From contig CM075990.1 of the NCBI GenBank assembly GCA_038087875.1, forward strand, positions 3,536,001 to 3,600,000: DNA of 64,000 nt, given 5' to 3'. The position numbers were made by a program, and so were the translations under genes. Under the pieces are notes generated by a model, which had not been told where the DNA came from, made no database searches, and saw only the letters and a list, made by a program, of their open reading frames with translations. Shown here one piece after another: positions 24,850 through 36,890 of the stretch; position 1 is the stretch's first letter; every line of letters begins with the position of its first letter. The DNA is from Malacoraja senta (taxonomy: Eukaryota).

Positions 24850-25387
24850 GGGGCCTGTCCCACTTGGGCGACCTAATCCGCGAGTTCTGGCGAGTTTGCC
24901 CTCGACTCATACTCGCAGCATGGTCGACACGAGGTCGTAGGTGGTCTTCGTAACTCTCCTTCATGCTCGAGAGTGGTCTCCGCGTACTCGAGGCCTCAGC
25001 TAGGTCGTGGCAGTTTTTTCAATATGTTAAATAATGCCCGCGAGTAAAAAAAGGTCGCCATGGAAAAATACTCGTAGGTTTAGTCGTAGTAGGTCGTAGT
25101 AGGTCGGCATGTTAGTCGTAGGTAATCGAGGGTAGTCGAAGGTAGTCGTAGATAGTCTTCATCATAGTCGAAGGGAGGTCGAAGGAGATCGAAGGAGGTC
25201 GTCTTCACTCTCCACTATTCGGTGTCCAATTTTCCCGAAGTTAGTTGTAGCTAGTCGTAGCTAGTCGAAGCTGGTCTTCAACATATTCAAAGGAGGTCTT
25301 CTACATAGTTGAAGGAGGTCTTCAACTTGTCATTTTTTAAAACTCTTCTAAACTCGCCAATCAGGTCGCCCAAGTGGGACAGCCCCT
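24850..25387. mobile_element. PIF/Harbinger-type MITE, family C
   Basis: Same TIR and interior as 14669-15206. TTA TSD at 24847-24849 and 25388-25390. Confidence 0.92.
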
Positions 25388-25504
25388 TTAAGTGTAAAAC
25401 CCTCAGTAGTTTGGTGCTGAGAGAGGATTATGGTTAGGTTGGGCACAATGGTTCAATGGCCTGATGAAATCGTAAGTTAGCTTCTGGAAGAAACACATCA
25501 AACA

Positions 25505-25518
25505 CTGCCACCTAGTGG
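25505..25518 (-). promoter_or_regulatory. Consensus CTCF core motif
   Basis: The minus strand reads CCACTAGGTGGCAG, an exact match to CCASYAGRKGGCRS, in apparently unique DNA. Confidence 0.5.
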
Positions 25519-25956
25519 AAACATTGAGATAAAACAACCAAACATCCAAACTCAACATTGCACTAACTAATGCTAATACCAATACCAATACTAATGCGAT
25601 ACCAATTGTAGCCGATGTGGTTTAACTACAATGTCTTCGAATAATCCACGAATGAAGGAGAATCTAATGCAGGGGGAATATGTTGACACGTTGCTAGTTT
25701 TATGGTCCCAATGGTCACCAGAGGTTCACAAAAATGCTGGAGAAACTCAGCGGGTGCAGCAGCATCTATGGAGCGAAGGAAATAGGCAACGTTTCGGGCC
25801 GAAACCCTTCTTCAGACTGATAGGGGGTGGGGAGAAGAAAGGAAAAAAGGAAAAAGGCGGAGGAGGAGCCCGAGGGCTGGGGGAGGGGAGGAGACAACCA
25901 GAGGGCTGATGAAGGGGAGGGGACAGCAAGGGCTAGCAGAATTGGGAGAATTCAAT

Positions 25957-26265
25957 GTGCCTGGACCATCACGTGTACTGACCACCCCACCATCGAAGGG
26001 ATCTCGAAGTGACGCTGTCTCTATAAGGCAGCCAGCATCATCAAGGACCCACACCACACTGGCCACACATTCAATTCACTCCTGCCATCAGAAGAAGGCA
26101 CAGGAGTCTGAAAACTGTAACTCTCAGGTTCAGGAACAGCTTCTTCTCAACAACCATCAGGCTGTTGAACACTACGAAAACCAACTCAACTCTGAACTAC
26201 AGACTGCCTGGGTTGCACTAGGGAATTTGAGCTCGGACTTTGTTTTGCTTTTGCACTATATTTTT
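25957..26265 (+). mobile_element. Rex1/Babar LINE 3' fragment
   Basis: Similar to 24320-24560. Confidence 0.75.
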
Positions 26266-26537
26266 TTCTAAGCTAAACTAAACTAAAATGTCATTATTGC
26301 GTCACACACTTCAGCTGCTAAGTTGACTATATTGGCCTATTCACAAATATGGTGATGTACAGTAGCAATGAGCATCTTCCAATGTAGGAAGGAACTGCAG
26401 ATGCTGGCTTAAACCGAAGATGGCCACTAAACGCTGGAGTGACTCAGCGGCTCAGACAGCATCTCTGGAGAGAAGGAATAGGTGACAACCTGGGTTGAAA
26501 ATCTTTCTTGCAGCATCATCTCAGGCACACAGAGTTA

Positions 26538-26780
26538 AGGCCTGTTCCACTTTCACGACCTAATTCACGACCTTTTTTACTCATGGCCATTTTTCATCAT
26601 GCTAGAAAAACGCCCCGACCTACTTGATGCCACGAGTACCTACTAGCATCACAGCCTGCTACGACCTACCTACGACCTCCTACAACCTCCTACGACCTCA
26701 TGACGACCATGCTGCGAGTAGGAGTCAAGGGCAAACTCGGCAGAGGTCGTGAATTAGGCCGTGAAAGTGGGACAGGCCCT
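26538..26780. mobile_element. PIF/Harbinger-type MITE, family D (TCACGAC/CTACGAC-rich)
   Basis: TIR ...CCACTTTCACG(A/G)CCTAATTCACGACC. TTA TSD at 26535-26537 and 26781-26783. Homologous to 54803-55028. Confidence 0.9.
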
Positions 26781-27920
26781 TTAGGCCCCACACGAAAACA
26801 TAAATCATATATAAATCACACATACACTTTTTTTTAATTTTTATTTTTTTAATTTTTTTTAAAACATTTTTAATTGAACTTCTATTTTTGTTTATTTGTT
26901 GTGTTATCTATTAAGTACTGTGTTTATAACATGTTGTGCTGATCCCGTAAGTTTAGTTTATTATAATCACGTGTACCGAGGTACAGTGAAAAGCTTTTGT
27001 TTTGCGTGCTATCCAGTCAGCGAAATGACCATAGATGATTACAATCAAGCTGTCCACCGTGTCTGGTACATGAGAAAGTGAATAACATTTAGTGCAAGAT
27101 AAAGTCCAGTAAAGTCCGATTAAAGGTAGCCCAAGGGTCTCCAATGAGGGAGATGGTAGGTCAAGGCCACTCTCTAGTCTTCAATGTTCTATGGCAGGGC
27201 ATATGATAATAAAACATGGGCGACTGAGGTAGAGTAACAATACCAGAGACCCGGGTTCGATCCTAACTATGGGTGCTGTCTATATAGCGTTTATACGATC
27301 TCCCTGTGCCCACATGAGTTTTTTCCGGGCGCTCCGGTTTCCTCCTGCACTCCAAAGACCTACACGTTCTCGATGTTTAAATGGAGTTGGTTGAGGAGAT
27401 TCACTGCAGGTCTTTCCTTTCAACGAGCTCCAGATACCTTCTCTCATATTTCCTTACAGTAAAGAAGGAGGCCATTCACCCCATCAAGTCTATGCTGCCC
27501 CTCAAGAGCCATCTCATCAAACTGGGTTCCCACACCCTCAATTCTCTCAGATATTCAAGAACTCCCATCTGAATCTCATCTCACCCATCCATACAAGGGG
27601 GAATTATCTACTAACCAGCATGTCCTTGGGAAGAGGGAGGAAAGGGGATCATCCAAATTCATGTGGTCAGGGAGAATGTATCATCTCCACATAGATGCCC
27701 CCAGAGGTTTGGATGTAAACCAGACCACTGGACCTGTGGGGCTGTCTACTACCTGTTCCACCACTCCGTTGCTCTGTTCATCCAAGAAGTTATCTTGAAA
27801 GCTTTATTGAAACTGAAAGTTGGAGGGAATGTTCTACCAAATGATGCATGCTTTAACTTTCCCATTCAAGTGAAATTTGACCAACAAAATTTGACAGCAA
27901 ATCCCGAACTCCATATGTTT

Positions 27921-28380
27921 CGGGCTGTCATATGCTGAGAGAATGGAGCGGCTGGGCTTGTATACTCTGGAATTTGGAAGGATGAGAGGGAATCTTATTG
28001 AAACATATAAAATTATTAAGGGTTTGGACACGCTAGAGGCAGGAAACATGTTCCCGATGTTGAGGGAGTCCAGAACCAGGGGCCACAGTTTAAGAATAAG
28101 GGGTAGGCCATTTAGACCGGAGATAAGGAAAAACGTTTTCATACAGTGAGTTGTGAGTCTGTGGAATTCTTTGCCTCAGAGGGCGGTGGAGGCGGGTTCT
28201 CTGGATACTTTCAAGTGAGAGCTGGATAGGGCTCTTAAAGATAGCGGAGTCAGGGGATATGGGGAGAAGGCAGGAACGGGGCACTGATTGGGGATGATCA
28301 GCCATGATCACATTGCAAGACGTTGCTGGCTCGAAGGACCGACTGGCCTACTCCTGTACCTATTGTCTATTGTCTATTGT
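27921..28380 (+). mobile_element. CR1 LINE 3' fragment with (CTATTGT)n tail
   Basis: MERLGLYTLEF.RMRG...RTRGHSL. Confidence 0.9.
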
Positions 28381-29734
28381 TTACCCACTTTAACGCTTCT
28401 TAACTCTGAAGAAGGGTCCTGACGTGAAACATTACAGATGCAGGAATCTTGAGCAAAACACAAAATTCTGGAGGGCCTGAGCTATAAGGGCAGATTGGGC
28501 AGGGTAGGACTTCATCCCTTGGAGCGCAGGACAGAGGATGAGCGACCATCATATAGAGGTGTGTAAAATGATGGGGGAATTGATAAAGTGAAAGCACAGT
28601 CTTTTACCCGGAGGAGGGGAATCAAGAACCAGGGGACATGGGTTTAAGGAGAGAGGAAAGAATTAATAGGAAACTGAGGGGCAACCTTTTCACACAGAAG
28701 CTGGTGGGTGCATGGAACGAGCTGACAGAGGAGGTATTTGAGGCTGGTACGATGACAACATATAACAGATGCTAGGACAGATAAGTAAGTAAGTAAGTTT
28801 ATTGGCCAAGTATTCACATACAAGGAATTTGCCTTGGTGCTCCGCCCACAAGTAACAACATGACATACAGTGACAGTTACGAATCACTCAGAAAACACAA
28901 AACATTAATAATAATAAAACATTAATGATAAAACACCATTGATCAAGCATTTGAACCAACAAAATACCAGATACAAGGAAAAGAATGGTTCAGGGGATGA
29001 AGGCCAAATCGGATTGGCTTAGATGGGCAGCTTGGTCTGCATGGATGAGGTGGGCTGAAGGGCCTGTTTCTGTGCTGTTTAACTCTGATTCTATGAATCT
29101 ATGAATGGCGTCGGACAGCACCATCTCTGGAAGGAGGTGGCAGATGACACTTGGGGTTGTGACTCTTCTTCAGATTCCTCTAAGTATGCCCACTTTAATG
29201 AAGAGCGATAGATTGAGAGGAATAGATCGGGTAGATGAACAGAGTCTCTTGCCCAGAGTAGGAGAATCATGAACCAGAGGTCATAGGTTTAAGGCGAGGG
29301 GGGGAGAACAGCTCGTTCCGTACACCCAACACCCTTTCTGTGAAAACATTACCCCTCAGGTTTCTATTAAATCTTCCCCACTTCATCTTAAATGATTGTG
29401 TCACTACCAATCTGAAGCATGGTCCTGACTCAAAACGACAGCTATCCATCTCCTCCAGAGATGCTGCCTGACGCGTGGAGTGACTCCAGCACTTTGTGCT
29501 TTGTTTTGCAAACCAACATCTGCAGTTCCTTGCTTCCCCACTTCAATATCTCACTGGGATAGAGAATTCCAGAGGTCCACTGCCAACTGCAAAAAAACAT
29601 TCTCAGTTTTGACCATCTCCGTATCTTCAAACTATCTTGTCTTGCTCGAGACTCACCTACGAGTGAAAACATCCAAACATCTGCTCCATCAAGCTCCCTT
29701 AGCATCATACATATTTCAATAATATCATCGGAGA

Positions 29735-30875
29735 TAGACACAAAGTGCTGGAGTAACTCAGCGGGTCAAACAGCATCTCTGGAGAAAAGGAATAGGTGAC
29801 GTTTCGGGTCGAGACCCTTCTTCAGACTGAGAGTCAGGGGGAAGGGAAATGAGAGAAATAGAAGGTGGTATAGAGAGATATAGAACATACAGTATGAATG
29901 CAAGACATGCAAAAGAGTTAAAGGCCAGTCCCACAGGCAATTTTTTCAGCGACTGTCGGCGACTGTCATAGTCGTAGCAGGTCGCCGAAAAAACGGCAAC
30001 TGGACCTCCCTTACGGCAATATCTACGACAACCTGCCACCTAGTCGATGTCAAGCTACGGCAAGTTACCGACAACCGGCGACCCATTAGGATGTCCACCT
30101 ACGACCACACCTACGACAACCTACGTCCACCCGCGACAAGCTACGACAACTGAAGACAACTTAAGACAATTCAGTCGCCGGTACCTGTCGCCGGTTGACG
30201 TAGGTTGACGTAGGTAGTCGCCAATGGAATTCACCGAAGTCAGCACCGGCGACAACCTACGTCACCTGGCGACAACCTACGACAGCACCTACATCAGGAG
30301 AAGGAAAGCTACCTGTCGCCGAAAATGTTTGAACATTTCAATATCCAGCGGCGACCAGAAAAACCCTATGACTCTTTGTGGGACTGAGGAGACGACTCAC
30401 TACCATACAGGTGACACCCTGCCCCAGAGGGCGGTGGAGGTCGGTTCTCTGGATACTTTCAAGAGAGAGCTAGATAGGGCTCTTAAAGATAGCGGAGTCA
30501 GGGGATATGGGGAGAAGGCAGGAACGGGGTACTGATTGGGGATAATCAGCCATGATCACATTGAATGGTTTGAAGGACCAAATGGCCTACTCCTGCACCT
30601 ATTGTCTATTGTCTATTGTCTATTGTCTATTGACCATGTGGCGACAGCCTAGTCGCCTGTAGTCGCTTAAAAATCACCTAACTGAGATAGGCCCTTAACA
30701 ATGATAAAGTAAACAGGCCAATGTTAGCTGTGGGCGAGGTGAAAATGAGTTACAGACAACAAGACGACTTTGAGGCTGATACAACAACTTGGTTGGGGGA
30801 GGGACGGAGCGAGAAGGGATACAAGAGTAACTGGAAGTTAGAGTTCATACCGTTGGGTTGTAAGCTGCCTAATAT
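29735..30875 (-). mobile_element. Penelope-like element 3' end containing a nested MITE and CR1
   Basis: End of the GIY-YIG ORF (LGSLQPNGMN) near 30830-30872. Intact minus-strand hammerhead core at 29798-29825. Confidence 0.8.
29922..30695. mobile_element. PIF/Harbinger-type MITE, family E (CGAC-rich), with a nested CR1 fragment at 30418-30632
   Basis: Degenerate TIRs AGGCCAGTCCCACAGGCAATTTTTTCAGCGACT and AGTCGCTTAAAAATCACCTAACTGAGATAGGCCCT. TAA at 29919-29921 and 30696-30698. Confidence 0.75.
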
Positions 30876-31164
30876 CATCCCTCATCCTTCAAAAACTCCA
30901 AAGAATACAGGCCCAACTACCAAAGTCACACCAAAAGACTCCAGTACATTATATCTTGTGTTTTACCTCTAGTGTGATGAAGGGAACCAGTAAAACTATA
31001 TTGTGTTGGCTGCTTACATTCAAAATTGATAACCATTATATAACGATTGATAAATCGACAGCACCGGTAGTCAGGATCGAACTCGGGTCTCTGGCGCTGT
31101 AAGGCAGCAACTCTACCGCTACGCCACCATGGAGTTACTGTTCTCATGAATAAAAACAAAGCAG

Positions 31165-31371
31165 CTCTTTTAAGTCGAGACTTAAAACTCATCTTTACTC
31201 TCAAGCCTTTCTTGACGTCCTCTGAGGGAGCGCTATATGTATGTATTTATGTCTGTACTTAATCTATGAACCACTGTTGTATAACGTTAGTATCTCCACC
31301 AATGCAAAGCACTTTGGTCAACGAGAGTTGTTTTTTAAATGTGCTATAGAAATAAAAGTGACTTGACTTGA
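31165..31371 (+). mobile_element. L2-clade LINE 3' tail
   Basis: FKSRLKT.., AAAGCACTTTGGTCAAC...GTGCTATAGAAATAAA and (GACTT)n; matches 40870-41060. Confidence 0.8.
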
Positions 31372-31789
31372 ACCAATGATATTTTCTTCACTTGGCCAGC
31401 ATAGCATCAACGTAGGCAGTTACCATGGTTACCACCCTTGGCTGGCCCACACTGTTTGTTTATGTGAAGAATGTCAATCATTCTTCTGGGTGAATCCTTC
31501 TAGGATTACAAAAGCTATGATTTAGTAATTTCTAACCCCGCATTGAGGTGTTACAATATTTATTAAGCTTTGTAACTGATATTATATCAGCTTTTCCGAG
31601 TTCACATCAAAGGGCTCATCTGCTGGTTTCAGAGTTGCTTCTCACAGTGCTGTGAAAAATGTTCTTCAATTTTTAATCAGTCCTCCATAAAGGGCGATCC
31701 ATAATTCAGGAGAAGCCAGCACAGTTTCTGATGGTAAGCTGCCACCTTAAATAGAACAGGGTGAAAAGAGAAAGATCATTTTAGTTTAT

Positions 31790-32012
31790 GTGCAGGAAGG
31801 AACTGCAGATGCTGGTTTAAACCGAAGATGGACACAAAATGCTGGAGTAACTCAGCGGGACAGGCAGCATCTCTGGAGAAAGAGAATAGGTGACGTTTCG
31901 GGTTGAGACCATTCTTCAGTCTGAATAAGGGTCTCACGCGAAATTTCATCTATTCCTTTTCTCCAGAGATGCTGTCTGATCTGCTGAGTTACTCCAGCTT
32001 TTTGTGTCTATT
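31790..32012. mobile_element. Inverted pair of Penelope terminal modules
   Basis: Head-to-head arms meet at CTTCAG|T|CTGAA (about 31920). Confidence 0.8.
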
Positions 32013-32061
32013 TGAGTTTATGTACTAGCAATGCTTTATCTTTGACATATCTTTGATGTGT

Positions 32062-32365
32062 TTTAGTTTAGCTTAGAGACACAGCACGGAAACAGGCCCT
32101 TCGGCCCACCGAGTCCATGCCAACCAGTGATCCCCGCACACTTACACTATCCTACCAACATTGGGGACAATTTACATTGATACCAAAGCCAAGGAGCCTG
32201 CAAACCTTGACGTCTTTGGAGTGTGGGAGGAAACCGGAGATCCTGGAGAAAACCCACGCGGTCACGGGGAGAACGTACAAACTCGGTACAGACAGCACCC
32301 GTAGTCAGGATCGAACCCGGATCTCTGGCGCTGTGAGGCAGCAACTCTACCGCTGTGCCACTGTG
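32062..32365 (-). mobile_element. HE1-like V-SINE
   Basis: Full-length reverse-complement copy. Confidence 0.88.
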
Positions 32366-33087
32366 GACTTACTGTTCTCATGCATAAAAACAAAGCAGCT
32401 AATTTCCACAATTAGCAATCTCGCAATAATAACTAGATGATAGGTTCGTTTTGGTAATGCTATTGAGGCAGCAATATTGGTCATAACTCAGATAGTAACT
32501 CCTCTATCCTGCTGTGCTAAAAATTCTATGACCTGATGCATTAACTCTGTTTCTCGTCCCACAGACGCTGATCGTCCTGTTGGGTGTTACCAGTATTGCC
32601 TGGTTTAGTATGTATTTCGTATTTAGTAATCCATTTCATAATCGCATTCACTGTCACATTCCCTTCAGGACACCCGTGACCTTTTCCATCCATTATCATG
32701 GCCTGATGAGCATCTCATGTAAATGACAGCATCTCAAGAATCGAGTGTTTAATAGTCATATCTACCAAAACATAACAATGATATTCTTATTTGCAGCAAC
32801 ACTATAGAACTGTAAACGCAGTACCCAATAGATAGCATAATAAAACTAACAAAAAAAACGTCAATAAATGGAATAAATGAATAAATATATTTATATAATG
32901 GTATATGGACACACTGATCTGTTCTGTATTCATGCCTACTATGTTCTGTTGTGCTGAAGCAAAGCAAGAATTTCATTGTCCTATCTGGGACACATGACAA
33001 TAAACTCTCTTGAATCTTGAATCTTGAATCTTGAGGGCTGTGGAGGCCAAGTCACTGGGTATTTTTAAAGCAGAGATTGACGTTCTT

Positions 33088-33400
33088 GTTTAGTTTAGTT
33101 TAGTTTAGTTTAGAGAAACAGGCCCTTCGGCCCACCGTGTCCGCGCTGACTAGCGATCCCCGCACATTAACACCATCCTACACCCCCACGGGACAAATTT
33201 TACATTTACCAAGCCAATTAACTCACAAACCCGCACGTCTTTGGAGTGTGGGAGGAATCCGAAGATCTCAGAGAAAACCCACGCCGGTCATGGGGGGGAG
33301 GTACCAACTCCGTACAGACAGCACCCGCAGTCGGGATCGAACCCGGGTCTCCGGCGCTGCATTCGCTGTAAGGCAGCAACTCTACCGCTGCGCCACCGTG
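33088..33400 (-). mobile_element. HE1-like V-SINE, subfamily with a 9-nt insertion in the tRNA head
   Basis: CCGGCGCTGCATTCGCTGTAAGG versus CTGGCGCTGTAAGG in most copies. Confidence 0.85.
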
Positions 33401-34300
33401 ACCGACCCCGGGTGTCAAAGGTTATGGAGAGAAGGTTGGAGAATAGCGTTGAGAGGGAAAGATAGATCAGACACGATTGATAGGCCGAGTGGCCTAATTT
33501 AGCTCGTATAACCTATGAAAGTAATAAAACAATATTAGGGCAAAACAAAAACAAACTAATACCCGGTCACCAGTGCAAGCAAGACAGTTTGTAGTTTGAG
33601 GTTCAGTTGTAGTGTTTAATTGCCTGAGAGAAGTTGGTGACCTCTCGGTGTGTTGGCATCACGGTTGTGTAGCTGGTAGGTCGCTGCCTCGCGGCTCAGA
33701 GCATCGAAGTTTATCCCTGCCCTTGGGCGCTCTCTGTGTGGAGTTTGCACCTTCTCACAGGATATTGGAGTCTCCCCCAAGCTCTCCAATTTCATTCCGC
33801 ATCCCAAAGACGTGCGGGTTGATGGGTTAGTTGGTTGTCCTTTATTGCCCCTAGAATGCAGGTGGGTGGAGTGAGAGGCAAATACGTTTCAGGGAAAATG
33901 AGTGGGGAATGGGATTAATGGGGACAGGAGCCTGGAAACTGGAACGTCCAGGTTTAGGAGCAGCTTCTTCCCTACAATCACCAGACTATTAAACACAACA
34001 ACCGCCAAATAAGCTCCAAACTGTAGAGATTTGGGGACCATATTTGACTTTGCACTATTATTGTCATAAATTTGTCTATTTATTTAATATATATATCAAA
34101 CTTTTTTTTGTTTATTATGGGTTTTTGCAGAGTATTATGTTTACATTCTGACTTCGGGTGCCGTCTGTACGGGGTTTGTACCTTCTCCCTGTGACCGCGT
34201 GGGTTTTCTCCGGGTGCTCCAGTGGCCACCCCACACTCCAAAGATTAATTGGCATTAGTAAAGATTGTAACTTGTCCCTAGTGTGTAGGATAGAGCTAGT

Positions 34301-34655
34301 GTTGCTTCTGGCTGCGGCGGGGACTTTAAAGCTTCGACTGCCGGCCTGCGGCCTACACCATCTTGAAGCCGCGGTCTCCGGTAGGGAAGCACCGATTCAG
34401 GACTTACCTGGACTTACCTTGCCTGCACATCTAGACGCCCGCAGCGGCGACTGCGGAGGGTTGAGGTCACGACCACGAGGGAAAATGGTGGAGGACTGGC
34501 CAAACTTTGTGCCTTCCACCACAGTGATGAATGCTGTGGTGGATGTTTGTGTTAAATTTTTTATTGTGTATTGTGTGTTCTTTCTTATTGTACCGCTGCT
34601 GGCAAGTTCATTTCACTTGCACTTATGTGCAAGTGACAAATAAAACTTGATAGAT
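34301..34655 (+). mobile_element. Unclassified retroposon with GC-rich head and Rex-like tail, inserted in a V-SINE
   Basis: Second copy at 62577-62925. Hairpins CCACCACAG/CTGTGGTGG and TCACTTGCAC/GTGCAAGTGA precede AATAAA. Confidence 0.65.
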
Positions 34656-36295
34656 TGAGATCGCTGGTCAGCACGGTCTCGGTGGGCCATAAAGCCTGTT
34701 TGCCCACTGTATCTCTAAACTAAACTAAACGAAATATCTGGAGAAATTCAGCGGGTGAGACAGCATCTATGGAGCAAAGGAAATAGGCAACGTTTCAGGT
34801 CGAAACCCTGAAGGGTTTCGACCCGAAACGTTGCCTTTTTCCTTCGATCCATAGATGTTGCCTCACCCGCTGAGTTTCTCCAGTATTTTTGTCTACCTTC
34901 GATTTTCCAGCATCTGCAGTTCCTTCTTAATCTAAATATCTGTTGTGCTGCTGCAAGTAAGAATGTTATTTTTCCATTCCAGGACATATGACAATAAAAC
35001 TCTTGATTCTTGATTCTAGACTACATGAACTGACAAGACTAGTTGGGCTGGTGCCTTCTTTCTTAATTTTTTTTAATTTTTCAAGATACAGGCACTTCAG
35101 CTCAGCGAGTCCACACCAACCAGCGATCCCCGCACACTAACACTATCCTACACACTAGGAACAATTTACAATTACACCAAGCCAATTAGCCTACAAACCT
35201 GTATGTCTTTAGAGTGTGGAAGGAAACACAGAGATCCCGGTGAAAAACCACGCCGTCACAGGGAGAACGTATGAACTCCGTACGGACAAGCACCCGTAGT
35301 CAGGATTGAACCCGGGTCTCTGGCGCTGTAAGACGGCAACTCTACCGTTGCGCCACTGTGCCGCCCAGTTTGTTGAAAGGAAATATATATATATATATAT
35401 ATATGGAGATATGGAGCCCTTTGGCTAGCAAGGTGGAATTACTTGAATCTCAACTTAGTCCACTATTGGAATTGGTGCCAATTGATCACCAGTCTCCATG
35501 TCCCTACATCCACAGGGTGGCGCTAGTGTTGAGCAACTTAAGATGTCTCCTTAGGGCAGTTTAGGTATAGATGATCTAATGGAAAAGGTTTGAAGGGCTG
35601 ACACAAAATGCTGGAGTAACTCAGCGGGACAGGTAGCTATCTCTGGAGAGAAGGAATGGGTGGCGTTTCGGGTCGAGACCCTTCTTCAGGGCTGAATGGC
35701 TGTACCACTGATCCAATCACTTCAGAAGAAAAGGGCTAAATCACCCATCTTTGTTTCGTCATTCATCCGCTTGTTGTTACAAAACATGCACATCTTTTAA
35801 TGGTTCCATCGTCAATATTGCACCCTGAAGCGAGGGCCATGCCCAGTAATCACAGTCCCCATTTGTGGAGGAAGGAACTGTGCAGATGCTGGTTCACATC
35901 AAAGATAGACACAAAAAGCTGGAGTAACTCAGCGGGTCAAACAGCATCAGGTCATAAGGTCACAAGTGATAGGAGTAAGTCTACTACGCCATCCTTCCTA
36001 ACCCCATTATCTTGCCTTCTCCCCATAACCTCTAACATCTGTACTAATCAAAAATCTATCTCTCTCTCCCTTAAAAAGCATTCTATTTTGGGCAGTTCAG
36101 TGGTGCAGCGGTAGAGTTGTTGCCTTACAGCGCCAGAGACCCAGGTTTGATCCTGACTACAGGTGCTGTCTGTACGGTGTTTGTGATCATGTGGGTTTTC
36201 TACGGGTGCTCTGGTTTCCACCCACATTCCAAGGACGTGCAGATTTGTAAACTAATTGGATTCTGTAACTTGTCCCTAGTGTGTAGGATAGAATA

Positions 36296-36608
36296 GGGCG
36301 GCACGGTGGCGCAGCGGTAGAGTTGCTGCCTTACAGCTCCAGAGCGCCGGGTTAGATCCTGACTACGGGGGCTGTCTGTACGGAGTTTGTACGTTCTCCC
36401 CGTGACCTGCGTGGGTTTTCTCCGGGATCTCTGGTTTCCTCTCACACTCAAAAGACATGTGGGTTTGTAGTTTAATTGGCTTGGTATCATTGTAAATTGT
36501 CCCTAGTATGTGTTGGATAGTGTAAGTGTGGGGGGTCGCTGGTCGGCGTGGACTCAGTGGGCTGAAGGGCCTGTTTGCTCGCTGTATTTATAAAAATAAA
36601 ACTAAAAA
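36296..36608 (+). mobile_element. HE1-like V-SINE (tandem with a partial copy at 36090-36290)
   Basis: GGCGGCACGGTGGCGCAGCGGTAGAG head, V-domain and tail. Confidence 0.9.
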
Positions 36609-36890
36609 ATAATTTCCAGCTCCCAATAAGAGATCAAGATTCTTGATTCCAAGCCCTTTAATGCAGCCTTAGGTACATCACTTGGCAATTAGTGCTGAGA
36701 ATTACTATTAAAACACAACGTACGTGCTATAACACCAGGATAAGCTCTCAAGCCAAGAAAACCAAGCCGGTTGCCAAAGTAGCATCTAAACAACCTATAC
36801 ACACTTATACTATAGGACAATATCTAACTTCATATTCAGTAGTAGTTCATGTCGACAAACGCACAAGCTAAATAATAATAATAATAATAA

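Noticed and set aside
36296..36370. tRNA-like sequences with A and B boxes (many copies)
   Set aside because: They are V-SINE heads, always followed by the V-domain and LINE-like tail; not tRNA genes.
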